Notes under the pieces: generated by a model
What the model was told of the DNA's origin: nothing
What the model saw: only the letters and a program-made list of their open reading frames with translations
Databases searched by the model: none
Part shown: positions 11,151 to 26,841 of the stretch, in pieces
Layout of the letters: each line of letters opens with the position of its first letter
Position numbering within the stretch: position 1 is the first letter of the stretch
Source: Lytechinus pictus
Taxonomy: Eukaryota
NCBI RefSeq assembly: GCF_037042905.1
Contig: NC_087246.1
Coordinates: 5,272,001-5,336,000, forward strand
DNA length: 64,000 nt
Reading direction: 5' to 3'
Program-made: the position numbers and the translations under genes

Positions 11151-12654
11151 AGGGGCAGATCCAGCTTTCGAAAAAAATAATCCACATTCTCCTCGATCTG
11201 CCACTCAAAGCTGATTTTTGTTGGTTTGATATAGTCGTGACAGTTACTTCTTAATAGCTTTATTCTTATAAACATTGCCAATTTTATCATGAACAGATAT
11301 CAAAGTAAAATATTTAGACATAATTATTTCTTCTAAATCCGAAACGATCATTATGTAATACATTATATTTTGCTAAGAAATCATGTAACGTTATCGTAAA
11401 ATATTTTCTCAATGATCTTTGAAAAGCAAGAATGAAGTGATATAGGATGATAATTAACAATTATTTGTTTATCTTCCTTTTTTATATATTTTATATTTAC
11501 TTTTTTATCGCCAAGTTTACAAATTTATAGTAAAAATTTATTAACTGCAGCGATAAATAAATGAATAGAATAAAATTCCCTGGTTAATATTCCAAAAGTA
11601 TTTCAATACCAACTTGCTGAAATATGGAAGGTGTAGAGGCGAAGCACGCTTAAAATTGACAATGGGATGAAAAAGAAAAGGGAATATTAGAATACTGAGC
11701 GGGGCTTAGTGCACGTCATTTGCAGTTACTTCTTAGCTTTATTCTTCTGATTTTTTTTAATAAATCACCTTTTATTCATAAAAAAAGGGAATCGATTAAA
11801 ATAATGGGCCCAGGTTATCAGTTCTAGACGAACGTAATACAGGGCAACATTAAATGATTACAGTTTGGTATACATAAACAAACATAAAACAAGAGATAAT
11901 AATTATTTACTTATCAAACATGTCGATTCATTTATTCATAACAAAATTCATGTGATGACAAGGGGGAAGGATGGGATAAGCTATCTCGTAGTTTAACGTA
12001 GGTTGTTCTGATTTTAAAATGAGTTCATTGTACTAACATATTGGTATTACAAAAATATATATAAATTATGGAAATATAAATATATGAACAGATAAAAGGT
12101 AAATTAACATAAGTAGGCCTAAATCTTGCGTTTATATTTTATATATAACAGGTGTAATTTTGTTCGGCAAATTATATGATATATTACAGTCTGGCATACA
12201 TAAATGAAACACGAATGGTTGGAATGAAAAGAGAATTCTATCATCATCATTTTGCCAGATGTCTAGGCTTTAAGTCGATACCTAATGTAGCTGCCCGTTT
12301 TTGCCCGTTTTCATGTTTTACTTGACACAACACCCCCAAAACCTGTTCAAAAACGGTCATTTGTATACCGCGCAGTCATCGCAGAGCACCGTGTGGGGGT
12401 ACATTGCCGTTCATTTTTGCACGGCGAGGACGATTCCCCTTCCATTCCATGAAAATGACATGAATTCCGGGCATAATGCAAACAAAATAAAGGTTGATAA
12501 CGCATATAAGGGCTTCCCGCCCCTCTTCCAGAGATAAAAGTTACTTGTAGAATAATTTCAGCCAACAAACCCCTCTTTTTAGTTTTGAATCTCCTTAATA
12601 ATCCCCCTCCCTCCTGTTTTTTCCGTTCCTTGTGCGTTGGTAGCATCGTTAAAC

Positions 12655-13311
<657 letters not shown>

Positions 13312-13513
13312 CTTCAGTTCCTTTGTAACCTCTTGCTAATTCTTTCTAGTGCTTCTTTCATTCGTCTTTTCCATCTACCCCCTAATCTTCTCCTTTATTT
13401 CTTCCTACTTCACTTTGTTTATTTCTTTCTCCATTTTCTGCAGGACACTGACTTAAAGGTACAGGATTTTAGCAGTTTTCTATCAGGCAAGAGTGATCCT
13501 TACATCTCTAATC

Positions 13514-14503
13514 ATGAACCCAACCCTAGCTATGACAGAAGAGATACCAGGATCGCGTGGCTTCCTACTCGTGTACAACCGTACTGAGCGATTAGTTGGT
13601 TTCACGTTGTTGCCCATCCTTCTAATCGTTACCCTTCTCATCGTTGGGTTCACTAATTACGTTCTTGCGACCTGCTCAACAACCCGACAACAGAACTTGA
13701 TTAACTTCTTTCGCATTTTGAATGTCTTAGATGGACCCTTATTCATTTCTGAATTCATCGATGTGGCTCTCGAAATGACCCAAACAATATCCCCATCTAT
13801 CATTTGTTGGATTCGACCAATGCTGAACCAGATGCTACCCTTTCCTGTAATCCTCATATATATGAGTCTCCATTTGGATCGACATCTCATGTTTTTTAAA
13901 CCTCTTCGATACGTTACCTTGGCGAGTCCACAAAGAGTAAAGATGGTCTTAATTTTCATTTCCGTTATATCATTGTTGTATTTTGTGTCTTTTCTACCCA
14001 TCCCTGGTTTCCCATTCACTTGTTATTTCTTGCCTTTGTCCCCTATTAACGGCACACTTCAAAATACTTCTACAATTGACACTAGGATCAAAATAAAGTC
14101 ACTTGCTTTCATCTCGCCGTTTTACCTGTCCATTGTATTGCTTACCATCAGCAGTGTCAGCATAAGCATTCTTTCATTCAAACAGGCAGTTAGGATTCAA
14201 CGAGAGTTTCGTAGGATTAATCAGGAAGGTGATGGAGGTGTCCATGGGGGCGCCCCTCCGGTATCAAGGGTGAAGGGTGTGGTCACTGTCATCGTATCCA
14301 CAATGTGCTTTTATCTGCAATTTGGTTTCTCCTTGTTACGTATAGAGAACGAGACGAATTTTAAATCGACCCCGTTAGCGTTGGTCATCTCATCGTTGCA
14401 GCAAATATTTGGTTGGTTAGGAACGATAGCGATAGTAATTACAAATAGTGAGCTACGTCAGCGTGCTCGTATTGTGCTCAAAGACTTGTTTTATAATGAT
14501 TAA
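13514..14503 (+). CDS. Single-coding-exon rhodopsin-class 7TM GPCR; copy 2, identical protein
   Basis: Translation identical to 9679-10668, with the same upstream acceptor (ending at 13444). Confidence 0.8.
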   Translation: MNPTLAMTEEIPGSRGFLLVYNRTERLVGFTLLPILLIVTLLIVGFTNYVLATCSTTRQQNLINFFRILNVLDGPLFISEFIDVALEMTQTISPSIICWIRPMLNQMLPFPVILIYMSLHLDRHLMFFKPLRYVTLASPQRVKMVLIFISVISLLYFVSFLPIPGFPFTCYFLPLSPINGTLQNTSTIDTRIKIKSLAFISPFYLSIVLLTISSVSISILSFKQAVRIQREFRRINQEGDGGVHGGAPPVSRVKGVVTVIVSTMCFYLQFGFSLLRIENETNFKSTPLALVISSLQQIFGWLGTIAIVITNSELRQRARIVLKDLFYND

Positions 14504-14786
14504 GCTTTTCGTATATGCTAGAGAATATCATCAACCCACATCTTCAAAGCTTAGGAGGTTCGATAGATTGACAATGATTCCTTAAGTCCAGGAAGTATTA
14601 TGCGAAACTATTAAAGAATTTTAGTTTCTCAAGTACCATGAAAAGAAAGAAAATAATTTTTTAAAAATGAATGAAATGAATAAAACTTTTAATAATAATA
14701 ATATCTAACAATAATAATTATTATAGTAATAATGATTATAATAATGATGATATTAATAATAGTGCTTAAAACTAAAATAAAAACAA

Positions 14787-14828
<42 letters not shown>

Positions 14829-14831
14829 AAC

Positions 14832-14862
<31 letters not shown>

Positions 14863-17800
14863 GCTATCACCACCACCACTACTACTACTACTACTTCTTC
14901 TATTGCTAGTTCTACTACTACTACTATTACCACCACTACTACTTCTTCTTCTATTGCTACTACTACTACTACTATCACAACCACCAGGGGCAGATCCAGC
15001 TTTCGAAAAAAATAATCCACATTCTCCTCGATCTGCCACTCAAAGCTGATTTTTGTTGGTTTGATATAGTCGTGACAGTTACTTCTTAATAGCTTTATTC
15101 TTATAAACATTGCCAATTTTATCATGAACAGATATCAAAGTAAAATATTTAGACATAATTATTTCTTCTAAATCCGAAACGATCATTATGTAATACATTA
15201 TATTTTGCTAAGAAATCATGTAACGTTATCGTAAAATATTTTCTCAATGATCTTTGAAAAGCAAGAATGAAGTGATATAGGATGATAATTAACAATTATT
15301 TGTTTATCTTCCTTTTTTATATATTTTATATTTACTTTTTTATCGCCAAGTTTACAAATTTATAGTAAAAATTTATTAACTGCAGCGATAAATAAATGAA
15401 TAGAATAAAATTCCCTGGTTAATATTCCAAAAGTATTTCAATACCAACTTGCTGAAATATGGAAGGTGTAGAGGCGAAGCACGCTTAAAATTGACAATGG
15501 GATGAAAAAGAAAAGGGAATATTAGAATACTGAGCGGGGCTTAGTGCACGTCATTTGCAGTTACTTCTTAGCTTTATTCTTCTGATTTTTTTTAATAAAT
15601 CACCTTTTATTCATAAAAAAAGGGAATCGATTAAAATAATGGGCCCAGGTTATCAGTTCTAGACGAACGTAATACAGGGCAACATTAAATGATTACAGTT
15701 TGGTATACATAAACAAACATAAAACAAGAGATAATAATTATTTACTTATCAAACATGTCGATTCATTTATTCATAACAAAATTCATGTGATGACAAGGGG
15801 GAAGGATGGGATAAGCTATCTCGTAGTTTAACGTAGGTTGTTCTGATTTTAAAATGAGTTCATTGTACTAACATATTGGTATTACAAAAATATATATAAA
15901 TTATGGAAATATAAATATATGAACAGATAAAAGGTAAATTAACATAAGTAGGCCTAAATCTTGCGTTTATATTTTATATATAACAGGTGTAATTTTGTTC
16001 GGCAAATTATATGATATATTACAGTCTGGCATACATAAATGAAACACGAATGGTTGGAATGAAAAGAGAATTCTATCATCATCATTTTGCCAGATGTCTA
16101 GGCTTTAAGTCGATACCTAATGTAGCTGCCCGTTTTTGCCCGTTTTCATGTTTTACTTGACACAACACCCCCAAAACCTGTTCAAAAACGGTCATTTGTA
16201 TACCGCGCAGTCATCGCAGAGCACCGTGTGGGGGTACATTGCCGTTCATTTTTGCACGGCGAGGACGATTCCCCTTCCATTCCATGAAAATGACATGAAT
16301 TCCGGGCATAATGCAAACAAAATAAAGGTTGATAACGCATATAAGGGCTTCCCGCCCCTCTTCCAGAGATAAAAGTTACTTGTAGAATAATTTCAGCCAA
16401 CAACCCTCCTCATAGTAAAACATTCGTGGTGTTATATACTCTGCGTTTTACCCAAGTCTATACACCGCTTGATAAAGCACGTTTAATATTTTTCAGATTT
16501 TTACGTATTTTTTTAAAATCTACTGATCATTTTGATGCCATAACATTATTATCAGGATCTCACACACACTTTAGGCATGTGAGAAGCATAAACCAACATT
16601 CACTCTGGTCAATCTCAAAGGAACACATATAATAAATAACACCGTATATACTGCACATTCTTTAGCGTAATTTGTCTTTTCACAGATAGGTTTTAAGTAG
16701 CCAATCATAATTTGGTATCAAAGTGACGTCATATCGGCTTTAAATTATGTTCAGTCGATTATACGCCCAACATTACCTTACACAACATGTTAAAGTAATA
16801 ATATAACACGGAATATAATTTTGGCGCACTTTCAACTCATTCTGGCCCACTGTGCGACGTGGTGCAGAATTGTCTTAATTTGCTGTTTATTGTCTCTAGT
16901 AACCACCCCTCTACTTCCTACTTCAAAACATATTAGATGCGACTCATAATTCTTAGATATGATGTCCCTATTCAGTTGAACGTACCTCACTTCCTTTCGT
17001 TCTCTCGCTTGACAAATATTAGGTTAAAAAAAGAACTGTCAACTCAATGAGTACAATCTTTTGAGGGGTAGATTCTGGGAAATAGAAAGTTATATCTGGG
17101 GCCCATTTCATAAAGAGTTGCTATCATAGCAAGTTGCTATCATAGCAACTCTGGTAGAATAGCAGCTTTTGCTTGCTATGCTAGCAACTTTGCATTTCAT
17201 AAAAGCACATTCGCTGGAAAGTCAGCTTGACTTTCCAGCTATTTATTTGAATAGTCATGTACGAGGCTGATTAGGGGGAAATCCCCTTTCTCTCCAGTTT
17301 TTTGTTTTCAATTGAAGTCATAAGTTTAGGTAGAAAGCACTGGCGGATCCAGGGGGGGCGGGGGCACAGCCGGCCCGTGGCCCCCCCCCCCCCCACCTTT
17401 GAGAAGCAAAATTAGAAGAAAAAAAATTGAAAGAGAATATATATATTTTTTTTTGCTTATTAATTTTTTCGGGAGCGAAATTATTATTTAGCAGCTGCAA
17501 ACAGGGTCTGCAGCATAAGACTAGCAGTTGAAGCAGAGTGATGGCTCTATGGCGATAGTTTGCAATTCTAGAAGAGAGTAAGAAGAAAATATCAATTTGT
17601 CACAGGATGGCATAGCATTGTTTCTCCATTGTGTAAGTTTTCAGAGAATTGATTTAATTTAGCCCTATGCCAGGGAAAAAATTATTTAAAAAAGGGGGAA
17701 AATTTATTATTATTGCCGGTCGAAATTTCACCTTCAACAAAGTTTCTACCGTACAATTTTCATCCCAGTCCCACACTTGACTATTTGTGTCGGTAATGCA

Positions 17801-18409
17801 AGGTTGTATCAACAACAAGGCAGGCGCAGGCCACTGCTGCCGGTGCAGTGCTATTAAAAATCACCCTGAAGCAAGTAAATTTGTAGGCTCTAATTATGCA
17901 TGAAACATCGAAAATGACCTTAAAAGATTATTTTTGTTCATTATGGAAATATTTTTAAGTTATCGGTTTCAACGGCGAATAACCATTCAGTACCGTAAAC
18001 TAAAACTTTAAAAGTAAACGGATTCCACAATGCCATGGCCACGACTTTTGTTGTTGTTGAGAAAGTCAGAAACAGAAAAAATAGATTTTATCATTTTTTT
18101 TTATGGCCTAGGACTTTTTTAATTTAGGCTTGAAATTAAACACTTCCACATAATAGATCTACCTTCCTCTATTTTTTCCTACAAGAAAAACGATCCTCTC
18201 CATTTGTCTTTTTTTTTTAAATTCTGTCTATAACTTCCCTTTTTTTTCCCTTGGCCTGCCCCGTGATAAACTGAAAAATTTGTTGTTTCGGAAGAATTTT
18301 TTAACATTTTTTTTTTTGGTAGGTAGGACAAAAAAAAGAAACTGCATTTCTACTAGAAAGCGTTCCCTTAATATATTCTTTATTCATGTTATTAGCATTA
18401 TTAACGCAT

Positions 18410-18706
18410 ACATTCGTAATTCCGAAGCTTTGTTATTCCAATGGTTCGCATATTCCGAAGGTTCGTTATTCCGAAGGTTCGTAATTCCGAAAGTTCGTAA
18501 GTCCGAAAACGAAATAGGGTTCGTTATTCCGAAGGTTCGTTAGTCCGAAAACAAAGTGAGGTTTGTAATTCCGAAGGTTTGTTAATCCGAAAACAAAATG
18601 AGGTTCGTGATTCCGAAAACATAATGATTAACAAACCTTATTTCGTTTTCAGTCTAACGAACCATTGGAACATCGAACCTTATTTCGTTTTCAGATTATC
18701 GAACCT
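18410..18706. repeat. Short-period ATTCCGAAGGTTCGT repeat with inverted terminal copies (MITE-like)
   Basis: About ten copies of a ~15-16-bp motif. GAAAACGAAATAGGGTT is mirrored by AACCTTATTTCGTTTTC. Confidence 0.7.
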
Positions 18707-18762
18707 TGAAAGAAATTCTGTGTACGGCCAAGCTCAAAAGAGCCTGGCACATTGATTTATAT

Positions 18763-18763
18763 A

Positions 18764-18857
<94 letters not shown>

Positions 18858-18937
18858 GATACTACTACTAATACTACTACTACTATTATTACTACTACTG
18901 CTGCTGATTCTACTGCTACTACTTCTACTACTTCAAA

Positions 18938-18985
<48 letters not shown>

Positions 18986-19030
18986 CGTTAGTACTACTAC
19001 TACTACCGTTAGTACTACTGCTATTACTAC
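18763..19030 (+). repeat. (CTA)n/(CTG)n microsatellite
   Basis: Direct reading. Confidence 0.95.
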
Positions 19031-20774
19031 AACCTTTCTTGAACCACCCTAATTACATAATTATATATTTTCATAAGACATCTTAAAGCTATATAGAGAT
19101 AAAATCATTGGAGATTGATTGTAACAAGATCACCATTGTACATGTCAATGATCAAGGTTAACATTTTCTTTTCGTTTCAAGTATTATTCCTACTTATTAT
19201 AACAAGAAGCACAGAGTTTATTTACCGGTTGCCTTCGAGAGAAACCTAATGATGTTTATTTCAGCAAATATTGTGGTTTGTTAATTACTGTTGTATTGTA
19301 ATTATACCAACAAATTATTGGTATCATTGAATAGGATACGTATGTCAGTATCCATTATCCAAGTACAGTCAAGTATTTGATAATCATATCTTAGAGAGAA
19401 TTGTATCAGTTTCGTTCTGTCCAGTGCAATGTCATAATAATCATCATCACCATAACCACTTTGTGTAGAAAACAAGATGGGACCAATAATAAATCTCTGA
19501 CATAAAGTAAATGAATCACATGATTATGGAGATTTATATACTGTATCATTATTTCAGTTTGTTAATAATTGTATCGATTGCAAGTGCAGCCACTGATCTA
19601 ATGCACTTCCACGAGTATTTGTATCAGTTTTAGTCAGTGCAATGTCATAATAATCACCATCACCATGATCTTTTATTGTTGCAACAAGATGTTTCTAATT
19701 ATATCTGATCACAAAAAAGTTATATAAGTGTTATATTTACAGGATTTAAATTAGTTCGACATCAAAACGGAAAGTGATGTAAGTATACGTTAATGGGTAA
19801 AATTTGTTGAACACAGAAAATGGGCCTGAAAAATAGATATGACGTTTCAGACAAAGAATTGGCACTGGCTCGTCCACTGATTTTTTTTCTCCCACAAGAC
19901 TACAGAGAATTCCATCCAAGTATTGAACGATATTTCAAACCCAAGCTATAACGTGTATAAAATGAATGTTATATTCTTTCTGCAATCTAGTAAATGAAAC
20001 GATCAAACATTTGTTTTATAAAATTACACAAGATTTTTTTAATCAGCTTGGAAGAGAGCTTACTATATTTGACTTTTCTCATTGCTAACGGGAAAAAAAG
20101 AGTAATCCTTGGTATAAAGTCAAATAATTTGTTTTTCTTATCACATCCTGATTATTGCCAAAAAATTACATCAATTTATCTTAGTAGATGTAAATTATAT
20201 ACACCCACAATTTATGATTGTGTAAATTCATTAAAAAGATCGTATAGACGAAAGGGTTTATTGCGGTTCGAAATAACCAGAAGAGTACCCAAGAAAACAG
20301 GTGGCAGGGAATATGGTCCAGTGGCTATCTAGTGTTATGTATCTTCTTATAGCTTGTATTATTTGTATTTGTTCAACTGTACTTAATTGAATGCACATTG
20401 AAGTGACCAGTAAAACATCATTTGAATAAAGAAAACCCTATCGTTACCTAATTTTTCGAGTATACTAAAAGCAACGAAGATGAAGGTGAGGAGGAGGAGG
20501 GACTCCGAGGGAGGATGGTCATGATTATAAACATACTGGAGTTGAAGGTAGTATTCATGAGGAGGATTTCGGTCATGATCAGAATGATGATGACGTTGAA
20601 GGTGCTGATGAGAATGATGATTGGGTCGGTGATAGAAAGGACTATGATTTGATTAAAATGGGCATAACCTTATGATTAAAAACTGAAATATTGGAAGAAG
20701 TTTTACTTACATTCGAATAGTAGCAATGATAGAGTGAAATACACTCAACGAAGAATTCAGCTAGCGCTACAACA

Positions 20775-21718
20775 CAATGGCGTATCTACGGTGGGAGGGG
20801 GGGGGGGCACGGAGCGCACATGCCCACCCAATCGGCTGGCCCTTCCCAAACAAAACAAAAACGGGGGAAAGGAGAAAGAAAGAGAAACGTAATGGGGAAG
20901 AAGAAACAATTATTATGATATATTATATATATCTTATCATATTACATAAGGATTTTTTTTCATCACTTTATGAAACATAATTTTGCCTAGGGCGTATAGA
21001 GGGCCTATTTGTTCATCATTCTTGGTGCTCACATTGTCTGACAAATGATAATGATAAAGTGATTGTCCCCTTTTAAGGTCTGAAAATAAAACAATTCCAG
21101 TCCGTGGTTACGTTCGCAGTAGTGGAATGGTGAGATATGTCTGCTCTTCAGGAATTCCTAAAAACAGTCCTTAAATTGTCCCTTTTCTGGTCAGAATATC
21201 AAAAGAATTCAGCCCGTGCTTCGCGCTTGCATCATTTGGTTAGTGAAATACGTATGGCGTTAGTGAATTCCTACAAACAAGCCTTAGAATGCCCCTCTTC
21301 AGGTCTGAATTTCAAAAATGTTCAGCTCGCTCTTCGCGCTCGCATTAGATGACTGCGGTGAAATATGTATGCTCTTCATGAATTCAAAAATATAGACCTT
21401 AAAATGTCTTTGTTTGGGGTCAATATATGCAAAAAAAAATAACCCAGCTCGCGCTTCGTGCTGGCATTGTTTGTTTTGTCAGAGAGGTACGTATCATGAT
21501 AAAGAAAAATTGGTTATAATGTCCTTTTTTAGGTCTGAATACCAATAATTTTCAGCTTACGCTTCTCGCTCGCATTTTTTGATCAGTCATATCCGTTTAA
21601 TGGCACAGTTATCAAAGTGTCTCTATTAGGTATGTTTACCTGGCAATTGAGCGCGCTTCGCGCGCCCACTAAGTGACTTGGTGCCACATCCAATGCCATG
21701 ACACACGGTACGCCACTG
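20775..21718. mobile_element. Non-autonomous hAT-type element, 944 bp
   Basis: Perfect 8-bp TSD CTACAACA (20767-20774, 21719-21726); TIR CAATGGCGTA / TACGCCACTG; internal GCTCGCGCTTCGCGC motifs. Confidence 0.85.
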
Positions 21719-23244
21719 CTACAACATGAAAAGCAGACAAAAGAGAGGGAAGAATAATAATATGCAGTCCTTTCATAGATCATAAAACTTAGGTACGCAC
21801 AGGACTACGCGTGTCCCTGTGCACTTATCTAAAACAAAGAAATGGACATGAAAACGAAAGTATATAAGAGATGTTGGACGCTGAGTTCATTTCATGCCCT
21901 TTTATTTATAGAAAAGACGTACCTTTATCTTAATCCTGTATATTTCTTATATGATTAGGAAGTGAAATAAAGAAAACAAATTATGAAAAATTGGAGCCGA
22001 AATATATCCACCATGTCCACATCTACCCATGATTACTCATCTCACAGTGCACACACACACACACACCCTCACACACACACACTAAACCACCCTCATGCGC
22101 CATAAAACAGCAATGTTAACATTCCCTTCCTACCACACATCACTTTACCATGTTTACTACTTGTGATTCATGAAAAGGATTGTGCTAACTGGTATAAAAC
22201 CTTGGGAAATCGGTTTTCCGCTAACACCGCCTGTTTCGATTAATACATACGTTTGTTTCCAAGGTAGGATCTGATTGCGTCCCCCTAAAAATTATCTTGA
22301 TGTCTGGTCCAACGTGCAATGATCATTCATAAAAAAAAAATAATGCTAGTTATGTGAAGTGAAATCTCTATTATAATCAGATTCGTGATGAGTGCACTGT
22401 TCATCAGCCAAAGTTACCCGTCTCATCCATTTCTTCGTCTAACGACCCCTGCGTTATATTGGTGGATTCCAAATCGAGTTTTATCCCTGTGTTTATGATG
22501 GTGAATTGTTAGGAAAAGCGATATTTTGCTCTCTAGAGCATTTACATTTCACCAACCAGTGAGCATGCTGGCAAAGTCATATCTTAAATCTGTACATTTC
22601 CGTGGGGATACTGCTTGTAAGCAATCGCAATTCGATATACATGTTGCACTGGTTGACCGAAAACAGACGTCAAACGACAACTCAACCATAACCAGAGTGG
22701 GCCACTTTGTAAAGGTATGAAGTTACAAATAATTATATAGGTATGTAATCCTGCTGCTATAATGGTAAATATAGATGTGTAGTAGGCAATGTTACTATTT
22801 TATTTCATGCTTGCGAAAAAAAAAACATTGCTAAATACATTTCAACACACAATCAACACCGCGATGGTGGTTGGAACTTGAGTTCTTTCGAGCAGAAGAT
22901 GTTGTTAATGTATCCTCATTCATTTTATTTATTTACTTAAAATGAACACCATACCTGAACAATAATGTTTCACATGCACAATGATTCTAATTGCATGAAA
23001 ATTAAACTTAATTCTAGTCAAAGAACATGCAATGCAAAAGTTAATGTTCATTTTGCAAAGAAGATTTGAATTTGATTTCCAAACTGAGACGGGCGAGCAG
23101 CAGAGATAAGAAAAAAAGTTAAACACTAGAATGCACCAACTTATTATATTAACCTAGATCATAGTAGGACAGAACGAGAATGAACTTCTTTTGATATGGT
23201 AAAATACAATATTAATATCATAAACAGGTGTGCCCAGTTTCATC

Positions 23245-23293
23245 ATGTTTGTGTTTATGCTTGTACTGCCTTTCAACCTACTGCAGTCAACAG
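23245..23293 (+). CDS. Putative first coding exon (signal peptide MFVFMLVLPFNLLQST) of an SRCR-domain gene; exon 23228-23293
   Basis: AAACAG acceptor at 23227, ATG at 23245, 16 mostly hydrophobic codons, then CAG|GTAGGT donor in phase 1, compatible with the phase-1 exon at 51839. Confidence 0.5.
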
Positions 23294-23990
23294 GTAGGTA
23301 ATTATGATTTGGACATTATCTTTTTCAATCTCTTTCCCTGTACAAGTATTTTATTGTTTGTTTAACTACGTCATCAAATTTATGGCAATAAAACATAATT
23401 AGAACAGTAAATGCTAAAACATATATACATCATCAAAGACATATCAAGTTCACATAATACATGTAGCGTACAAATAAAAAAACCATAAAACCAGAAAAGG
23501 AACGGTAATAATCGCATTAAAAATGAAACATATCACTTCCTGTAGACAGGAATTGAAACCAATTCATTGTAAATTACATCATTTAACAATTTGACTTTGC
23601 ATCGGAAGTGTAATTTGTTATTGACGTTGTAGTTTGGAAGTCGTAATAACATTTTACCCCTAAAAATGAAAGATTTACTACATATATTACTTGAAACTAA
23701 TGAATAAACCAATACTTTATCTTTTTGAGAAAAAAATGTCAATTTCCAGGTCTAGGGACTATCCATCTTTAACAAAAATATCCCAAAGATGTTTTATACA
23801 TCACATGTACATTCGCAAACGTGCATGAGTAACTGTTTCGCAATAAATATTACAAAAGCTATCCTATATTTTCTGAGTTCAAATAATAATAAAATAATAA
23901 TCCAATTGCATTTAACAATATTGCTTTATTTTGAATAGACCCCAACGTAAACTCACAGCTGTCGTTCTACTGATTCCAATAAGAGCAATA

Positions 23991-26378
23991 TAGTCCAGGA
24001 TAGAAGAGGCATAACCTTGTTTTTTTATATATACAATATTTTTTGATGGTTTCTTGTCAATTCGAGGGTGCTGATTACGAATCTGGATGATGCCACTTGT
24101 GTAACCTTGAACATTTTCCGCAAATTGGCAAAATCCAATATGGCCGCCAAAATATGCAAATTACCCATGAAAATCATAAAATTGTCCGCACATTGGCTAT
24201 GAAATGCATGACATTGTGTGGCAGGAATTAAATACTCTCTGAAAAAATAATTTTTGACAAAATATTTATTTTCCTGATATTCAAAATGGCTGCCAAAGGC
24301 CCTTGTATACGCTATTATGTACAATATGAATAGGGAAAAACTAATTTTCACAAAAATGAGCACTAAAGTGCAAAAAATCGCAATGTATGAACGAAGTTAT
24401 ATATGCAAATCATCATTACTAACGAGATATATCATTTATTATGTCATATATGGGAACATTTCTGTATTTTGATATCTAAAATAGCCGCCACTGGCCCAAA
24501 CAGTATTGCGTACAATGGCAATGGGGGCCAAAAAATTCACAAGAGTGATCACTAAAATGCATGTCATTAAGATTAAACGAGTGGAATACTGACTAAAACA
24601 TAATTGTTAACGAAATATATTATCAATATGCCATGTATGTGATGAATATTTTATTTTGATATTCAAAATGGCTGCCAAAGGCCCTAAAAGTATTATGCAC
24701 AATGAGAAAGAGGAGCAAAGAAATCACAAGAGAGAGCACTAAAATGCATATATATGTGATAAATTGATGGGATACTGTCTAAAAACAAAATTATTTTCTA
24801 ACGAAATATATAATTCAGGTTTCAAGTTTGTGTTAAATACTGTATTTTGACTTTCAAAATGGCCGCCATAGACATTAACAGTATCATGTACAATGCAAAG
24901 TGGGAAACCAATATTCACAGGAGTGAGCACCATAAATGCATGTAATAGTGATCTATGAGTAAAATATTGTCTGAAAGCATAATTTCTATTAAGATATATC
25001 ATTTATTCTGTCTGTTAGGTGATAAATACTGTCATTGGAAAGACAAAATGGCCGCTACAGGCCCTTATGGTATTATGCACAATGTGAATGGAAACAAATT
25101 ATTTCAACAGAATTCGGCTTTGCTTGGCCAAACGGTGATGTATGAGTGAAATATTGTCTGAAAACATGATTTATGTCAAAATATATCATATCCTATGTAA
25201 TTTAGGTGATAAATACTGTATTTCAACATTCAAAATGGCTACCATATGCCCTTTTTGTGAACATTATTTGTCTCCACTCCAATTATATATTATACGATAA
25301 GGGCCTATGGTGGCCATTTTCAATTTGAAAATGCAGCATTTATCAACTTAATTACACATGATATGATATATCTTGGTAGAAACCATGGTTTTAGACAATA
25401 TTTCACCCTTTCACAATTCACAATTATATGCAATATTTAGAGCCAAGCAAAGCCAAATTCTGTCAAAACTTTATGTCCCATGTTACAATGTACACAATAC
25501 TTTTAGGACCTATGGCAGCCATTTTGGATTTCAAAGTACAGCATTTATTACCTCCACGACCAATATTCGATGTATTCACTTAGAAAACATGTTTAAGACA
25601 ATATTTTTACTCGTATATCACAGTTATATGCATTTTATGATTCTCACTCTTGTGAAAATTAGTTTCTCCATTCGCATTGTACATGGCCTATGGCGGCCAT
25701 TTTGAATGTCAAAATACAGCATTTATCACATAAATGGTATATTAATGGCAATGATGTTTTTAGTCAGTATTCCACTTGTTTATCTTAATAATATCCATTT
25801 TAGTGCTCACTCTTGTCATTTTTTTGGGCCAAGGCCATTGCCATTGTACATAATACTCTTTGGGCCAGTGGCGGCTTTTAGATACCAAAATACAGCAATG
25901 TCCCCATATATGACATAATAAATGATATATCTCGTTAGTACTGATGATTTGCATATATTACTTCGTTCATACATCGCGATTTTTTTGCGGTTTAGTGCTC
26001 ATTTTTGTGAAAATTAGTTTTCCCTATTCATATTGTACATAATAGAGTATACAGTGGCCTATGGCAGCCATTTTGAATATCAGGAAAATAAATATTTTGT
26101 CAAAAATTATTTTTTCAGAGAGTATTTCACTCCTGCCACACAATGTCATGCATTTCATAGCCAATGTGCGGACAATTTTATGATTTTCATGGGTAATTTG
26201 CATATTTTGGCGGCCATATTGGATTTTGCCAATTTGCGAAAAATGCTCAAGGTTACACGAGTGGCATCATCCAGATTCGTAATCAGCACCCTCGAATTGA
26301 CAAGAAACCATCAAAAAATATTTTTATATATAAAAAAACAAGGTTTGGTCAAGTTTCTATGGGGCCTATCCTGGACTA
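23991..26378. mobile_element. Foldback / long-TIR non-autonomous DNA transposon (arms ~1.2 kb)
   Basis: Termini TAGTCCAGGATAG...CTATCCTGGACTA flanked by ATA on both sides. ORFs 24025-24363(-) and 26033-26497(+) are mirror translations. Internal AAAATGGC(C/T)GCC subrepeats. Confidence 0.9.
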
Positions 26379-26787
26379 ATACGATTTGTATTTTTTTTCA
26401 TGCATATCGTATATATCAATGTTTCTACGGACCACCTCCTTCGTACACAAAGGACATAGTTACGAATCCAACAAGCCACCTTCAATTACAGAATTGAATA
26501 ATTGTTCCCCTAATCTCAACAGAAACAGGGTGATCTTCATTTGCTCATGCAGCCCCAGATTTGTGGAAATTACCTTCAAAAATACCTCAAAACAATTAAC
26601 ATTTTTGACAGATACAAAGCAGCTCCTAACATTTGCTTTTTCAAAATAAACCTAACTTTAATTCAACAAAGTGAACTAGGTAACACATCTATTTCTTTTC
26701 TTTATGTTCCGAAGCACATAGATAGATATTTCCTTGTCATGAAATACATAAGAAACTTATCATTATTATTTCTATCATTATTATCAT

Positions 26788-26841
<54 letters not shown>

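Noticed and set aside
16701..16731. CCAAT box plus CRE (TGACGTCA); similar motifs at 36205-36305 and 58620-58720
   Set aside because: Short motifs, probably within repeats, with no linked transcription start evidence.
20470..20650. GAT/GAG-rich stretch resembling an acidic coding exon
   Set aside because: Decayed trinucleotide low-complexity sequence with stops and no splice framework.
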